From Theionarchaea archaeon (GTDB lineage Archaea; Methanobacteriota_B; Thermococci; Methanofastidiosales; SZ-28-30), in the NCBI GenBank assembly GCA_018992685.1, contig JACVGT010000016.1, positions 1-38,597 of the forward strand: a DNA stretch of 38,597 nucleotides, read 5' to 3'. This document shows positions 1 through 9,779 of the stretch, in pieces. Both the position numbers and the translations under genes were made by a program. Each line of letters opens with the position of its first letter. Position 1 is the first letter of the stretch. A model generated the notes under the pieces. It was not told where the DNA came from and ran no database searches. It saw only the letters and a program-made list of their open reading frames with translations.

Positions 1-177
1 ATTGTGCCTACAGAACAGTTCACCGAATCAGAGAAACAAAGGCTCCTCCAGGGGATATGGGAAGCACTTCCCGGGGTCAACATCACACTGACCTATGTGG
101 ACAGCATTGAAAAAACCTCCCGGGGAAAGAAACGGGCAGTCACCTGCAAGATCCCCACTAGACCCACAAGCCCCTAG
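1..177 (+). CDS. 3' end of a phenylacetate-CoA ligase/CapK-family adenylate-forming enzyme (partial, begins upstream of window)
   Basis: Frame 1 reads IVPTEQFTESEKQRLLQGIWEALPGVNITLTYVDSIEKTSRGKKRAVTCKIPTRPTSP* to TAG at 175-177. This matches the C-terminal 'V..I....RGK.KAV' tail of the paralog at 2307-3581. Confidence 0.75.
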   Translation: MVPTEQFTESEKQRLLQGIWEALPGVNITLTYVDSIEKTSRGKKRAVTCKIPTRPTSP

Positions 178-186
178 CCGAACCAC

Positions 187-624
187 TTACCCATTTGATG
201 AGACGATTTCAGAGTACCCTTTTAGATTCTGCTCACTCCACTCCACAAGCTCTTTCTGAGCTTCTTGTGTGGCACCTTCAATAAACTCCTCGGGTACTTG
301 GTGGTGAAAGGGACACCGGAAAGACACAAAAAACGTAATCTGCCCATCAGAATAGTGGAATAGTAGAGGGTATATTTTACAGTCCAGGGGCTTAAAAGAG
401 TTGATTGAACACTTTCCATCCGTCCGCAAAAAGGTGCACTTCTCATCACGCAACTCCATGAGATATATCCACCCATTTTTGGAATGAAAACGTCTGGCAA
501 AAGGTTCCTTTACATGGAATTCTATCCTCAAGAAGTCTTTTTCCGAAAGAGCTATTCTCCCAAATTTCTCCGTCTTTCTGCAGCACTGCTGTCCACAAAC
601 TTGGCATACGTCTCCCATCTCCAT
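187..624 (-). CDS. YkgJ-family (CxxCxxCC) Fe-S/Zn-cluster protein
   Basis: CQVCGQQCC, CTFL, KCSI and KPLDCKIYP motifs. ATG at 624 follows a GGTGAT SD. Confidence 0.85.
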   Translation of the reverse strand: MEMGDVCQVCGQQCCRKTEKFGRIALSEKDFLRIEFHVKEPFARRFHSKNGWIYLMELRDEKCTFLRTDGKCSINSFKPLDCKIYPLLFHYSDGQITFFVSFRCPFHHQVPEEFIEGATQEAQKELVEWSEQNLKGYSEIVSSNG

Positions 625-863
625 GGAAATCACCTTGTCAGATTTCTCCGGGTTGTTTTTATAGGTTGTGTTGATGACGCTCCATGGGTCAGCACCAGAT
701 AGTGCTCTTCACAAAATACTGAAAGGTCAGTCTGGCTCCTCCAGTCTTCTGAGCAGTCTAAGAAGTCAACCTGGATGACTGCACCAACAGTCAAGGGGAA
801 GAGCTATAATTGCCACAAAAGGAAATTTGCATCTCCAATCCTGTTATCACAGGACAACAAATG

Positions 864-871
864 TTTATAAG
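864..871 (+). promoter_or_regulatory. Archaeal TATA box for the PaaK-like gene
   Basis: TTTATAAG about 30 nt upstream of ATG 901. Confidence 0.5.
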
Positions 872-900
872 GCATCTGCAGCCTGTTGGTACGTGATGTG

Positions 901-2193
901 ATGCTACTGAGACAATTGTATTTTCTTGGAAAGGTCATGAGAAATCAATGGAAATCACCTGGAGAGTTGAAAAAGCTCCAAGAAAAGAAATTGCGGTCTC
1001 TCCTTAGGTACGCATATGATAGAAATGAGTTCTATCACCGTTTGTTACGAAAGCATGATTTGAGCCCTTCAGACTTTCGAACCGTGGACGATATCCGGAG
1101 GTTCCCTTCAGTCAACAAAGCCGTCATGATGGAGAATTATCCCCAAGCTATTGTCTCGAAAGGATTTGAGGTCTCAGACTGCATTCATGCTGCTACCTCT
1201 GGATCTACTGGCCAGAACCTCAACCTGGTCTATGATGTTCGCACCTACGAGTATTACATGGCAATAACTTACCGGAATTTCGCTGCCCTGGGATACATGC
1301 CATGGCACAAATTAGCGTACACTCGTTATGAATCGTTCAAGATTGAAAATCAGTTTTACGAGAAACTTGGGATTACAAGACGCCAATTCATTTCAGTGTT
1401 TTCGCCTCCTGAAAAGCAAATTGCAATGCTGAAAGCATTTTACCCTGATTCAGTCACCGCATATCCCTCAATAATGATTGAATGGGCTAAGATGCTGAAA
1501 AATGAGGGGGAAACTCTGGAAATACCGGTATTCATCCGATCTGAAGCAGAGATTCTGACCAAAGAGGCACGCTCGCTCATTGAAGACGTCTTTCAATCCC
1601 CCATCTATGAGGAATATGGGTCTGCTGAGTTTGTGCAGTTTGCCTGGGAGTGTAAGGATAGAGGATACCACATATCCTCTGACAGCGTCCTCCTGGAATT
1701 CCTGGACGACGAAGGAGAACCTGTAGCTCCCGGCGAAGAAGGGGAGATCGTTGTGACCTCCTTGGAGGCTCACGCTATGCCCTTCATCCGGTACAAGATA
1801 AACGACAGAGGTGTTCCGCTGGATGACGTGTGCTCCTGTGGCAGAGGACTACCATTGATGAAGCTTGTGGTGGGAAGAAATGATGATTTCGTCTGGCTTC
1901 CAAATGGGGATCGAGTCAATCCTCGTATGATTATCCCCTACTTCGAGCTGGCACCTGGCGTGAAAGAATTCAGGATTGTTCAGGAAAGAGAAGACTGGAT
2001 TCGGATTGAAATCATCACTGGATCAGAATTCACAGATGAAGTGCAAAAAAAGTTGACACATGAACTTTATACTGTTATCAAAGATCACACAGTAGAGATT
2101 CAGTTCGACTTCTGCGAGGAAATTCCCCGCGGACGACACAACAGGCCACGCCCCATCCTATCCAGGGTTAGGAAAGATGCCAGCAGTGTCTAG
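901..2193 (+). CDS. Phenylacetate-CoA ligase/CapK/F390-synthetase-family adenylate-forming enzyme
   Basis: TSGSTG P-loop, YGSAE, MPFIRYKIND, CSCGRGLP and GRNDD motifs. Start moved to ATG 901. Confidence 0.88.
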   Translation: MLLRQLYFLGKVMRNQWKSPGELKKLQEKKLRSLLRYAYDRNEFYHRLLRKHDLSPSDFRTVDDIRRFPSVNKAVMMENYPQAIVSKGFEVSDCIHAATSGSTGQNLNLVYDVRTYEYYMAITYRNFAALGYMPWHKLAYTRYESFKIENQFYEKLGITRRQFISVFSPPEKQIAMLKAFYPDSVTAYPSIMIEWAKMLKNEGETLEIPVFIRSEAEILTKEARSLIEDVFQSPIYEEYGSAEFVQFAWECKDRGYHISSDSVLLEFLDDEGEPVAPGEEGEIVVTSLEAHAMPFIRYKINDRGVPLDDVCSCGRGLPLMKLVVGRNDDFVWLPNGDRVNPRMIIPYFELAPGVKEFRIVQEREDWIRIEIITGSEFTDEVQKKLTHELYTVIKDHTVEIQFDFCEEIPRGRHNRPRPILSRVRKDASSV

Positions 2194-2306
2194 ACCCGAA
2201 CCCTCTTCCAGCGGTCTTCCAGCGACGTCTCTCTACCCGTATCCTGAAAGACGGGGGAGATCATGGAGAGACTGAAAGAAGATCCATACCACTGTGGAGG
2301 TGATTC

Positions 2307-3581
2307 ATGATGTGGAAACCACTGGTTAATGTCATGAAAATATATGGAAATCAGTTTGCGGCTCCTGAAACCCTGAAAAGAATTCAGGAAAAAAGAATCA
2401 GGGTTCTGGTGCATTTTGCCTACAACAATTCTCCACTCTACCATCGAAAATTCAGGGATGCGGGCATTACCCCAGAGGACATTGTAGGACTCGAGGATAT
2501 GTACAAAATACCTCTCATAACAAAAGAAGAAATAAGAACCGTTTTTCCTCAAGGAATTGTTGCACCCGGGTTTTCCCGAGAAAATTGCACAGTGAAAACG
2601 ACATCTGGCACCTCAGGCAGTGTCTTCACCATGTTGTATGACAGGGAGGCTGAAGCTTATTTCTCAGCAATATCCTACCGGGATCACCTGGCACAAGGAC
2701 TGCGACCCTGGCACAAGTTCTTTGTTTTGCAGCACGACCCCGCACAGTTAAACCGACCGTCGAGAACTATACTGCAACGCGTGAAGGGGGTATCTGGAAT
2801 CCTTCCTGAAGAAGAACTCGTGAAAGAGGCCAGAGCCTTTCAGCCCGATTTCATGGGGGGACACCCGTCGGCCTACGTGGCTATGGCGACAGTTGTCAAG
2901 AACAACGAGATCAAGGACTTGAATCCTCAGGCAGTACTGCTGGGTGGTGAAGTGGCATATCCTTCCTACAGGAAGTACATTGAAAAGATCTTCGAATGTC
3001 GAACATCCAATAAGTACGGGTCATATGAAACCCATTCCATTGCCTGGGAGTGTCAGCACCTCGGGATGCATATTAATGCAGATTCAGTACTCGTGGAATT
3101 TCTCAAAAGAGGAGAACCTGTAGCCCCAGGGGAGCGAGGTGAGGTTGTTGTCACCAACTTGTGGAACAGGGCCATGCCCTTGATCAGGTATAGAATGGGG
3201 GATATTGGCATACCTTCAGAAGAGTCCTGTTCTTGTGGAAGGAGTCTCCCTCTGATGAAAGATCTTGAAGGGCGGGCAGATGATTTCATCGTTTTGCCTT
3301 CCGGGAGAGCAGTGCCCCCCACCCGTTTGATACCTCCCTTTTTCCTCACTCCTCATGTGGGTCAATTTAAGATGATCCAGGAAACAAAATCCTGGATTCG
3401 TATTCAGATTGTGCCTCGAGAAACCTTGCCTGAAGAGGAGGAAAACGCGCTGCTCCAGCAGATCAGAAATGTATTCCAGGAGCCAGTGGACATTGAGGTG
3501 GAAAGAGTGGAAAAAATCCAGCAAGAAGGGAGGGGAAAGTTTAAGGCTGTCATTTCGAAAGTTGGAATAAGCCTAGCCTAG
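2307..3581 (+). CDS. Phenylacetate-CoA ligase/CapK-family adenylate-forming enzyme (paralog)
   Basis: TSGTSG, YGSYE, MPLIRYRMGD, CSCGRSLP and GRADD motifs. GGAGGTGA SD. Confidence 0.9.
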   Translation: MMWKPLVNVMKIYGNQFAAPETLKRIQEKRIRVLVHFAYNNSPLYHRKFRDAGITPEDIVGLEDMYKIPLITKEEIRTVFPQGIVAPGFSRENCTVKTTSGTSGSVFTMLYDREAEAYFSAISYRDHLAQGLRPWHKFFVLQHDPAQLNRPSRTILQRVKGVSGILPEEELVKEARAFQPDFMGGHPSAYVAMATVVKNNEIKDLNPQAVLLGGEVAYPSYRKYIEKIFECRTSNKYGSYETHSIAWECQHLGMHINADSVLVEFLKRGEPVAPGERGEVVVTNLWNRAMPLIRYRMGDIGIPSEESCSCGRSLPLMKDLEGRADDFIVLPSGRAVPPTRLIPPFFLTPHVGQFKMIQETKSWIRIQIVPRETLPEEEENALLQQIRNVFQEPVDIEVERVEKIQQEGRGKFKAVISKVGISLA

Positions 3582-4162
3582 TCGTGCTTGGAACTAACCG
3601 ACTGAGGATACAGCATGTTGTAGACCATTTGGGCACCTTCTTCAGGTGTTGTGCTATCTGTATCAATGACGAGTTCAGGGTGTTCGGGCTCTTCATACGC
3701 CACATCTACTCCAATGACCTCACCCACATCACTTTTTTCAACTGGCTTTCCCTCTTCCAGGTTTCTTTTCCTTTCAATTGCCTTCTTGTACATGTTACTG
3801 ACGATAAGGTTGTCCTCCCGTTGAGACTCTCGGTCCATGCACACATCTAATGGACACTTCACATAAACCTCGTAGAAGGAAGAAATCTGTTCCCGTGCTC
3901 TATCCCTCCATTTCCTGCGGTGAGCTGTGGCATCTACCACCACGTTGATACCGTGGACTGAAAGCAGGGAAGCCATGACTCCCACAGCATTGTAGACAAG
4001 ATCCCGCTCTTGTTCAGTGTAGTGTGGATCTGGCACCAGCCTCCTTCTGAACTCGTCCAAGCGGAGCACTTCAACTGGAACACAAAGAAGGTTCACGAGT
4101 GCCCGTGCAATGCCAGTCTTCCCTGATCCCGGAAGTCCTGTGAGCCATACCACCCAAGTCAT
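3578..4162 (-). CDS. cysC: Adenylyl-sulfate kinase-like P-loop kinase
   Basis: VWLTGLPGSGKT Walker A, EVYVKCPLDVC and GVDVAYEEPEHPEL, all typical of the APS kinase family. Substrate is not certain. Confidence 0.78.
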   Translation of the reverse strand: MTWVVWLTGLPGSGKTGIARALVNLLCVPVEVLRLDEFRRRLVPDPHYTEQERDLVYNAVGVMASLLSVHGINVVVDATAHRRKWRDRAREQISSFYEVYVKCPLDVCMDRESQREDNLIVSNMYKKAIERKRNLEEGKPVEKSDVGEVIGVDVAYEEPEHPELVIDTDSTTPEEGAQMVYNMLYPQSVSSKHD

Positions 4163-5229
4163 GGTCGATCTCTGAGGTACTCAGGGATTCTCTGCGGGGA
4201 GAAGGCATCATCTTCCATAACGTTCATCGCAAAATTAAACAACTTCCTTCTGGTAAGATTGGTGACATCAGGGTAAAACAGAGGATTACATACCACCGTC
4301 ACCCGGAATGCATAGAAGGGTGCCATAACTTCCCACATTTCCTGGTCCTTGGTCTGAGAAAAGTACCTTTCAAGAAACAAGTCAAATAGTTCTTTAAATG
4401 GCCCTTCAAACCGATCCTCGTTCATGCGCAGCCCATAGAAAAGGTAGTTGATGCTGAGACAGGTCACATCATCTGCAGGTTCTCCGTAAATTCCTCTGCT
4501 TCTGTCCAGGAGGATGAAATCAGTGGCGCCATCACTTTCCTTCCACCAGATATTCCCTGGATGATAGTCCCCGTGAACCACACACAGCCTGTGGGATTTG
4601 TTCTTGTTCTTTCCCCACCAGGATACAGCCAGGCGGACGAATTCGGTCATTTCCTCGGGTGTCGTGAACTCCACTTCTGGATAGGTGTCTATGACTCCCA
4701 TGATGCACTCCCCGTTCCCTACAGTGTCTCTGATCCTCCGTTTGTATAATCCAGGGTTCGAATGTTTCTCCTTGTGAATTTCTACCAGATAATCAGCCAG
4801 TTTTACACACTTCTCGCGATCCTCGTCAGTCAATTTTCTTTCCTTCTTGATTCTTTCCAGATCCACAAAATAGTTCTCTCCCTGTGCTTCCTCCATGACA
4901 ATGAAAAACTCCTGACAATCCCCCAGTGATACCATTTTCTTTCCCGTTCCCACCACATCAATTGACCGCACGTGTTTGGGCAGGAGGTTATACGATCTGT
5001 TTGCGAGAAGAAACACCTGGGCACGGTCTGAGAAGTAGTCGTGACCAAATCCTTCAGGGAACAGTGTCTTGATTATGATGTTCTGCCGCTTCCACTGCCA
5101 TTCGAAAGCAACAGAATACCCCATTCCGTGTACTCCTTCGCCCATAGGGTTCAGTGCAATAAAAGTACTTCCTGGATACTTCTTGGAAAGGTACGCTTCT
5201 ATCCACTCTCTGCTTATTTCTATTCCCAT
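4159..5229 (-). CDS. Aminoglycoside phosphotransferase/choline-kinase-fold small-molecule kinase
   Basis: GEGVHG glycine loop, HGDYHPGN catalytic loop, LLDRSRG and GEPADD. ATG 5229 follows an AGGTG SD that overlaps the ahcY stop. Confidence 0.82.
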   Translation of the reverse strand: MGIEISREWIEAYLSKKYPGSTFIALNPMGEGVHGMGYSVAFEWQWKRQNIIIKTLFPEGFGHDYFSDRAQVFLLANRSYNLLPKHVRSIDVVGTGKKMVSLGDCQEFFIVMEEAQGENYFVDLERIKKERKLTDEDREKCVKLADYLVEIHKEKHSNPGLYKRRIRDTVGNGECIMGVIDTYPEVEFTTPEEMTEFVRLAVSWWGKNKNKSHRLCVVHGDYHPGNIWWKESDGATDFILLDRSRGIYGEPADDVTCLSINYLFYGLRMNEDRFEGPFKELFDLFLERYFSQTKDQEMWEVMAPFYAFRVTVVCNPLFYPDVTNLTRRKLFNFAMNVMEDDAFSPQRIPEYLRDRP

Positions 5230-5238
5230 GCCAGACAC

Positions 5239-6495
5239 CTAGGTACCTGCCTTCCAGCTTTTCAAGTATGCGTCCTGCTCTGGAGTGAGAACATCAATTT
5301 CCACGTCCATAGATTCAAGTTTCAGTGCTGCAATGCGATTGTCGATTTCTGCAGGGACCATGTACACCCGGGGTTCAAGCGTTTGACCCTTTTCAACAAT
5401 AAACTGAGCAGAGAGGGCCTGGTTGGCAAAACTCATGTCCATTACAATGGAGGGATGCCCTTCTGCGCAAGCGAGGTTGACCAGTCTTCCCTCTCCGAGA
5501 AGATACAAGGATCTACCATCCTTCAAGACGTATTCCTCAAGGTTTGGTCGTACAACTCGTTTTTCTCCGGCCAGCCGCTCCAGTGCAGGTATCTCGACCT
5601 CTACGTCAAAGTGACCTGTATTGCACAGGAGTGAACCATCCTTCATTACCATCATGTGCTCTTCCCGAATGACATTCTTGTCTCCTGTGGCTGTGATAAA
5701 GATGTCACCAATCCGGGCGGCTTCCTTCATGGGCATGACTGAGAACCCGTCCATGGTTGCCTCAAGAGCTTTCAAAGGGTCAACCTCAGTAACCACAACG
5801 TTGGACCCCATGCCACGAGCTCGCAAGGCCACACCTCTGCCGCACCACCCATACCCTGCAACCACGAACTTCTTTCCAGCTAAGAGCACATTGGTAGTCC
5901 TTAAAATGCCATCCAGAGAACTCTGGCCTGTCCCATATCTGTTGTCAAAGAAGTGTTTGGTCTTGGCATCGTTGACGGCAATGATGGGATACTTGAGAGC
6001 ACCCTCTTTCTCCATGTTCCTGAACCTGATTATACCTGTGGTAGTTTCTTCAGTTCCCGCTCTCACGCCATCCCGCAACTCAGTCCTGTCTGTGTGCAGA
6101 GTAGACACCAGGTCCCCACCATCGTCCATGGTGATGGTAGGCTTGAAATCAAGCACCTGGTGCAGATGCTCGTAGTAGGTCTTGCTATCTTCTCCCCGGA
6201 CTGCAAACACTGGTATGTCAAAATCTTTCACCAGAGAAGCTGCCACATCATCCTGGGTGGACAGGGGGTTTGAAGCACAGAGGGCAACGACAGCTCCTCC
6301 TGCCTTCAAGGTTCGCATGAGGTTGGCAGTCTCTGATGTAACATGCAGGCAAGCAGCAATAGTCATGCCCTTCAGCGGCAAGTCCTTTTGGAATTGTTGC
6401 CGGATAAGGTTAATTACAGGCATCTGACGGTCAGCCCATTCAATCTTCAGCTTTCCTTGAGGAGCCAGCGACTCCTCACACACTGCATAGTCCAC
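5239..6495 (-). CDS. ahcY: Adenosylhomocysteinase (SAH hydrolase)
   Basis: [40 protein letters not shown] and GRLVNL..AEGHP motifs. Likely start is GTG 6495 (MDYAV...) after a GGTGAT SD; the ORF-track ATG 6522 lies too close to the TATA box at about 6526-6533. Confidence 0.97.
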   Translation of the reverse strand: MDYAVCEESLAPQGKLKIEWADRQMPVINLIRQQFQKDLPLKGMTIAACLHVTSETANLMRTLKAGGAVVALCASNPLSTQDDVAASLVKDFDIPVFAVRGEDSKTYYEHLHQVLDFKPTITMDDGGDLVSTLHTDRTELRDGVRAGTEETTTGIIRFRNMEKEGALKYPIIAVNDAKTKHFFDNRYGTGQSSLDGILRTTNVLLAGKKFVVAGYGWCGRGVALRARGMGSNVVVTEVDPLKALEATMDGFSVMPMKEAARIGDIFITATGDKNVIREEHMMVMKDGSLLCNTGHFDVEVEIPALERLAGEKRVVRPNLEEYVLKDGRSLYLLGEGRLVNLACAEGHPSIVMDMSFANQALSAQFIVEKGQTLEPRVYMVPAEIDNRIAALKLESMDVEIDVLTPEQDAYLKSWKAGT

Positions 6496-6623
6496 ACAAA
6501 TCACCTGCATAGGAGAACTCATTTGATTATATAAGGCTTATGCTTCGGCAATTTAACTGGAATAATCTACCATTTTGAAACTAGAACCGTCGATGTATGC
6601 TAAGAAGGTGTATAAACACGCAA

Positions 6624-7796
6624 TCATCCACCTTTTTTGTTTTTCGTTCTTTTTCTGCTCTTCCTGGAGGTTGAGCGCTTTCTCCTTCTCACAAAGAACA
6701 CGAGCACCGTGAGAAGAACAATCCCACCTCCCAGGCCAACAATCCAGTAATCAGAGAGTCCTGACTCCTGGGGCTCAAGAGCAAGCTTTAAATCCTCCAA
6801 CGTGGATGCTGACACCACCTCTATGGTTGTCGTACTGCCATCCTTGACAGATTGAGCAAAGTAGATTTGGTCACCAGTATATACAGCACAGGGACCAAAT
6901 TGCTCTCTGTAATCCTCAGTCAAGATGACCTCTCTGTCTATGAGGAGGTCCTCCGTCAGTATTACTGCATGAACGTTGCCAGGAACGACAATGATTTTTC
7001 CTTCCAATGTCAGTTTGGTGCCTGAAAAGTTCTGATCCGTTATCCTGAAGAGGAGCACTATCTGAGAATCCATGGTGCAGAGATCGGGTTCTATCACATT
7101 CCTTCCCAGTGGAGTCTCATCAGTAATGGACAGGTCTTTTGGGTGCGATATTTCTGCTATCTTGTTGAGATCAGAATCCAGCACAGCTACCATTACATAC
7201 CGGCTCATGAAAGCAGACAAAGGATAGTACGAGTAAGCAACCACGAGCTTCCCCTCAATGGCTGCAAGACAGGATTCTTCCCAGAAATCCCAGCTGGTGA
7301 GTCTTGCTGAACTGAGCTCAGTGAAGGAGAAATCGAATTTCTTCACAAATACATCCTGGTGCAAGAGATCATCCTCCAGGAACCGATGAACATACGAGAG
7401 AAAAATTCCTTCATCGGACGGAAGAATGTTCACATCGACTGGCTCTTCTACGGGAGTGACAAATTCTCTCACCAGTTCTAACTGATCAGTGAATACGCGT
7501 ACAACAATGGCTTCCCCCTTGATGCCTGCCAGATAGATAGAATCTTTGTACCATTTGACACAAGGAGATGTCATATCATCGACTTCGAGAGTGCGCACTT
7601 CATTGAGGCGGGTATCCAGCTGCACCAACGTTATCCCTTCAGTGTCGGGAGGCGAATACGCCAGATAAATACTGTCATTGCTGGCACACAGAGAAATGTC
7701 TTTAACTGGGGGCAAGTCTTCTCCGGTAAAGGTCAGCTGATATCCTCCGCTGAACCCCAGCAGAATCATGGTAACCGTCAACAGGAGTTTCAACAT
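6624..7796 (-). CDS. Secreted, C-terminally membrane-anchored hypothetical protein
   Basis: Signal-like MLKLLLTVTMILLGFSG from ATG 7796, a beta-rich body, and a C-terminal TM (WIVGLGGGIVLLTVLVFFV) followed by a strongly basic tail. Confidence 0.75.
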   Translation of the reverse strand: MLKLLLTVTMILLGFSGGYQLTFTGEDLPPVKDISLCASNDSIYLAYSPPDTEGITLVQLDTRLNEVRTLEVDDMTSPCVKWYKDSIYLAGIKGEAIVVRVFTDQLELVREFVTPVEEPVDVNILPSDEGIFLSYVHRFLEDDLLHQDVFVKKFDFSFTELSSARLTSWDFWEESCLAAIEGKLVVAYSYYPLSAFMSRYVMVAVLDSDLNKIAEISHPKDLSITDETPLGRNVIEPDLCTMDSQIVLLFRITDQNFSGTKLTLEGKIIVVPGNVHAVILTEDLLIDREVILTEDYREQFGPCAVYTGDQIYFAQSVKDGSTTTIEVVSASTLEDLKLALEPQESGLSDYWIVGLGGGIVLLTVLVFFVRRRKRSTSRKSRKRTKNKKGG

Positions 7797-8008
7797 GGTT
7801 TCACTTCCAGCCCCTGTATGACAGGTACTCTTAAAAATGTTGTGGATAACAGTATGTGAGACCCTCAATGCACAGCGGATTCTGAGAATGTGGAGTTCTC
7901 TTATCATTTGCTTCTATTATGGCTTATCTACTCTGCTTGCTCCCGCAACCTCCTCTATCAATCAGTAACATTTATAAGTTATTCCCCAACTGTAGGAGCG
8001 GTGAAAAA

Positions 8009-8959
8009 ATGGCGAGAATGTTCTTTTCAACAGACGCGCACGGTAGCACAGCAATCTGGAAGAAATGGGTGAATGTGCCTGAATTTCACAAGGCAGATAT
8101 GCTTCTTTTGTGTGGAGATCTAACTGGAAAAGCGCTGATTCCTCTCATTCAGGAATCTGACGGTACTTACAAAACACACTATTACGGCAGAGGATGGCAT
8201 CTGACCTCGGAAAAAGAGGTAGTGGAAATGGAGAACCGTCTTGCCGATTCTGGATGTTATCCTTTCAGAACCACCCAAGAAGAAGTGGGAGAGATGAGAA
8301 GCAACCCCAAAATAGTGGACGAAATGATGAATGATGCAATGGCTCAGAGGATTGACGAATGGCTGAGCTTTCTGGTGGAAAAGGTTGACACCAGCAAGGT
8401 GCAGGTCATGGCCATGCCTGGGAATGATGATGAATTTCACATTGACAAAATCATTAGATCCTATGAGGACAGAGGCGTCATTTGGTGCCTGGACCAGGTT
8501 GTGGAAGTTGGGGGATTCGAGACCATCAGTCTGGAGTACGTGAATCCCACGCCATGGGATACCCCCAGAGAATATAAAGAGAAAGAGATGAAGAAAAGAA
8601 TCGATCAACTTGCAAAGAAACTTAATGACCCCTCAAAATCGATTTTTAATTTCCACTGCCCACCCTACAATACGCATCTTGATCTGGCTCCCAAGCTGGA
8701 CAAGACGTTGAGGCCAGTGGTCACTGCAGGAACTGTTGAGATGATTCATGTGGGCTCAACCGCCATAAGAGAGGCTGAAGAGCAGTATCAGCCCATGATG
8801 GGACTGCACGGTCATATCCATGAGAGCTATGCATCTGATAAGATCAAAAACTCTGTTGTGGTGAATCCTGGATCTGAGTACGGAGAAGGAATCTTGAGAG
8901 GGTTTATTATTGAGTTTTCTGAAGAAGGAGTAGATAGATACTGGAAAGTCGAGGGATAA
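8009..8959 (+). CDS. Calcineurin-like (Icc-related) metallophosphoesterase
   Basis: DAHG, GDLTG, GNDD, HCPP and LHGHIHE motifs. TTTATAAG at 7971 and a GGTGA SD before ATG 8009. Confidence 0.88.
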   Translation: MARMFFSTDAHGSTAIWKKWVNVPEFHKADMLLLCGDLTGKALIPLIQESDGTYKTHYYGRGWHLTSEKEVVEMENRLADSGCYPFRTTQEEVGEMRSNPKIVDEMMNDAMAQRIDEWLSFLVEKVDTSKVQVMAMPGNDDEFHIDKIIRSYEDRGVIWCLDQVVEVGGFETISLEYVNPTPWDTPREYKEKEMKKRIDQLAKKLNDPSKSIFNFHCPPYNTHLDLAPKLDKTLRPVVTAGTVEMIHVGSTAIREAEEQYQPMMGLHGHIHESYASDKIKNSVVVNPGSEYGEGILRGFIIEFSEEGVDRYWKVEG

Positions 8960-8961
8960 GT

Positions 8962-9765
8962 ATGACTATGGATCCTGAGAAATTAAGACAACAAGAAGCG
9001 GAATTCTTCAAGCTTCGTGATCGCATTCTCAAAGAGGCGGACAAGAGGAGTCTTCCTCTGAGAATTATCGGTGCCATTGCCATCAGGACCCACTGCCCCA
9101 AATTCAAGTACCTGGAGTATGACTTGGGTCGGATGCTGACAGACATTGATTTCGTGGGTTACGACAAAGACATAAAAGCTATTCGGGAGCTATTCTTGGA
9201 TCTTGACTACCGGGAAGACCCTGCCATCCGGGCCATGATGTCCGGCATGGGTATGGGAAAGATGTCAAAACGATTGATCTTCTACGAAGACACTCTTGGC
9301 ATACATTCGGATGTATTTCTGGATGAATTGAAGTTTTGCCATGTGGTCAACTTCAGAAAGCGGCTTGAGATCGATCATCCCACTGTTGCGTTGACCGACA
9401 TGTTCCTTTCGAAGCTGCAGATTGTCCGGATCAATGAAAAGGACATCATTGATTCCACCGTCCTTTTGAGAGAACATGATGTGGGCCCTTCAGACAAAGA
9501 ATCTGTGAACGAAGACTACATTGCCCAGTCATTTGGGGCAGACTGGGGATTCTGGAGAACGGCTACTGAGAATCTGGAGAAGATCAAGACATTTGCCCAG
9601 AATTACGAAAAGCTTACTGACGAAGACAAGAAGGACGTGGTTCAGAAGATCGAACGGCTGCAGAAACGCATTGATGACGAACCCAAGAACCTCAAGTGGA
9701 AGATGAGAGACAGGGTTGGTGACAAGAAACAGTGGTATGAGGAAGTAGAAGAAGTAGTCCGATAA
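8962..9765 (+). CDS. Predicted Pol-beta-superfamily nucleotidyltransferase
   Basis: IIGAIA...LTDIDFV and a later HSDVF acidic strand fit the hG[GSA]..DhD..D signature. Starts 2 nt after the phosphoesterase stop. Confidence 0.65.
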   Translation: MTMDPEKLRQQEAEFFKLRDRILKEADKRSLPLRIIGAIAIRTHCPKFKYLEYDLGRMLTDIDFVGYDKDIKAIRELFLDLDYREDPAIRAMMSGMGMGKMSKRLIFYEDTLGIHSDVFLDELKFCHVVNFRKRLEIDHPTVALTDMFLSKLQIVRINEKDIIDSTVLLREHDVGPSDKESVNEDYIAQSFGADWGFWRTATENLEKIKTFAQNYEKLTDEDKKDVVQKIERLQKRIDDEPKNLKWKMRDRVGDKKQWYEEVEEVVR

Positions 9766-9779
9766 CAAAAGGTGATGGC

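Noticed and set aside
671-722. TGATGA...CTGA spaced like a C/D box sRNA
   Set aside because: No convincing internal D'/C' boxes and no guide target that I can recognise.
2194-2260. c-di-AMP (ydaO) riboswitch-like fragments CCCGAACCC and ACGGGGGA
   Set aside because: The fragments are in the wrong order and the other conserved elements are absent.
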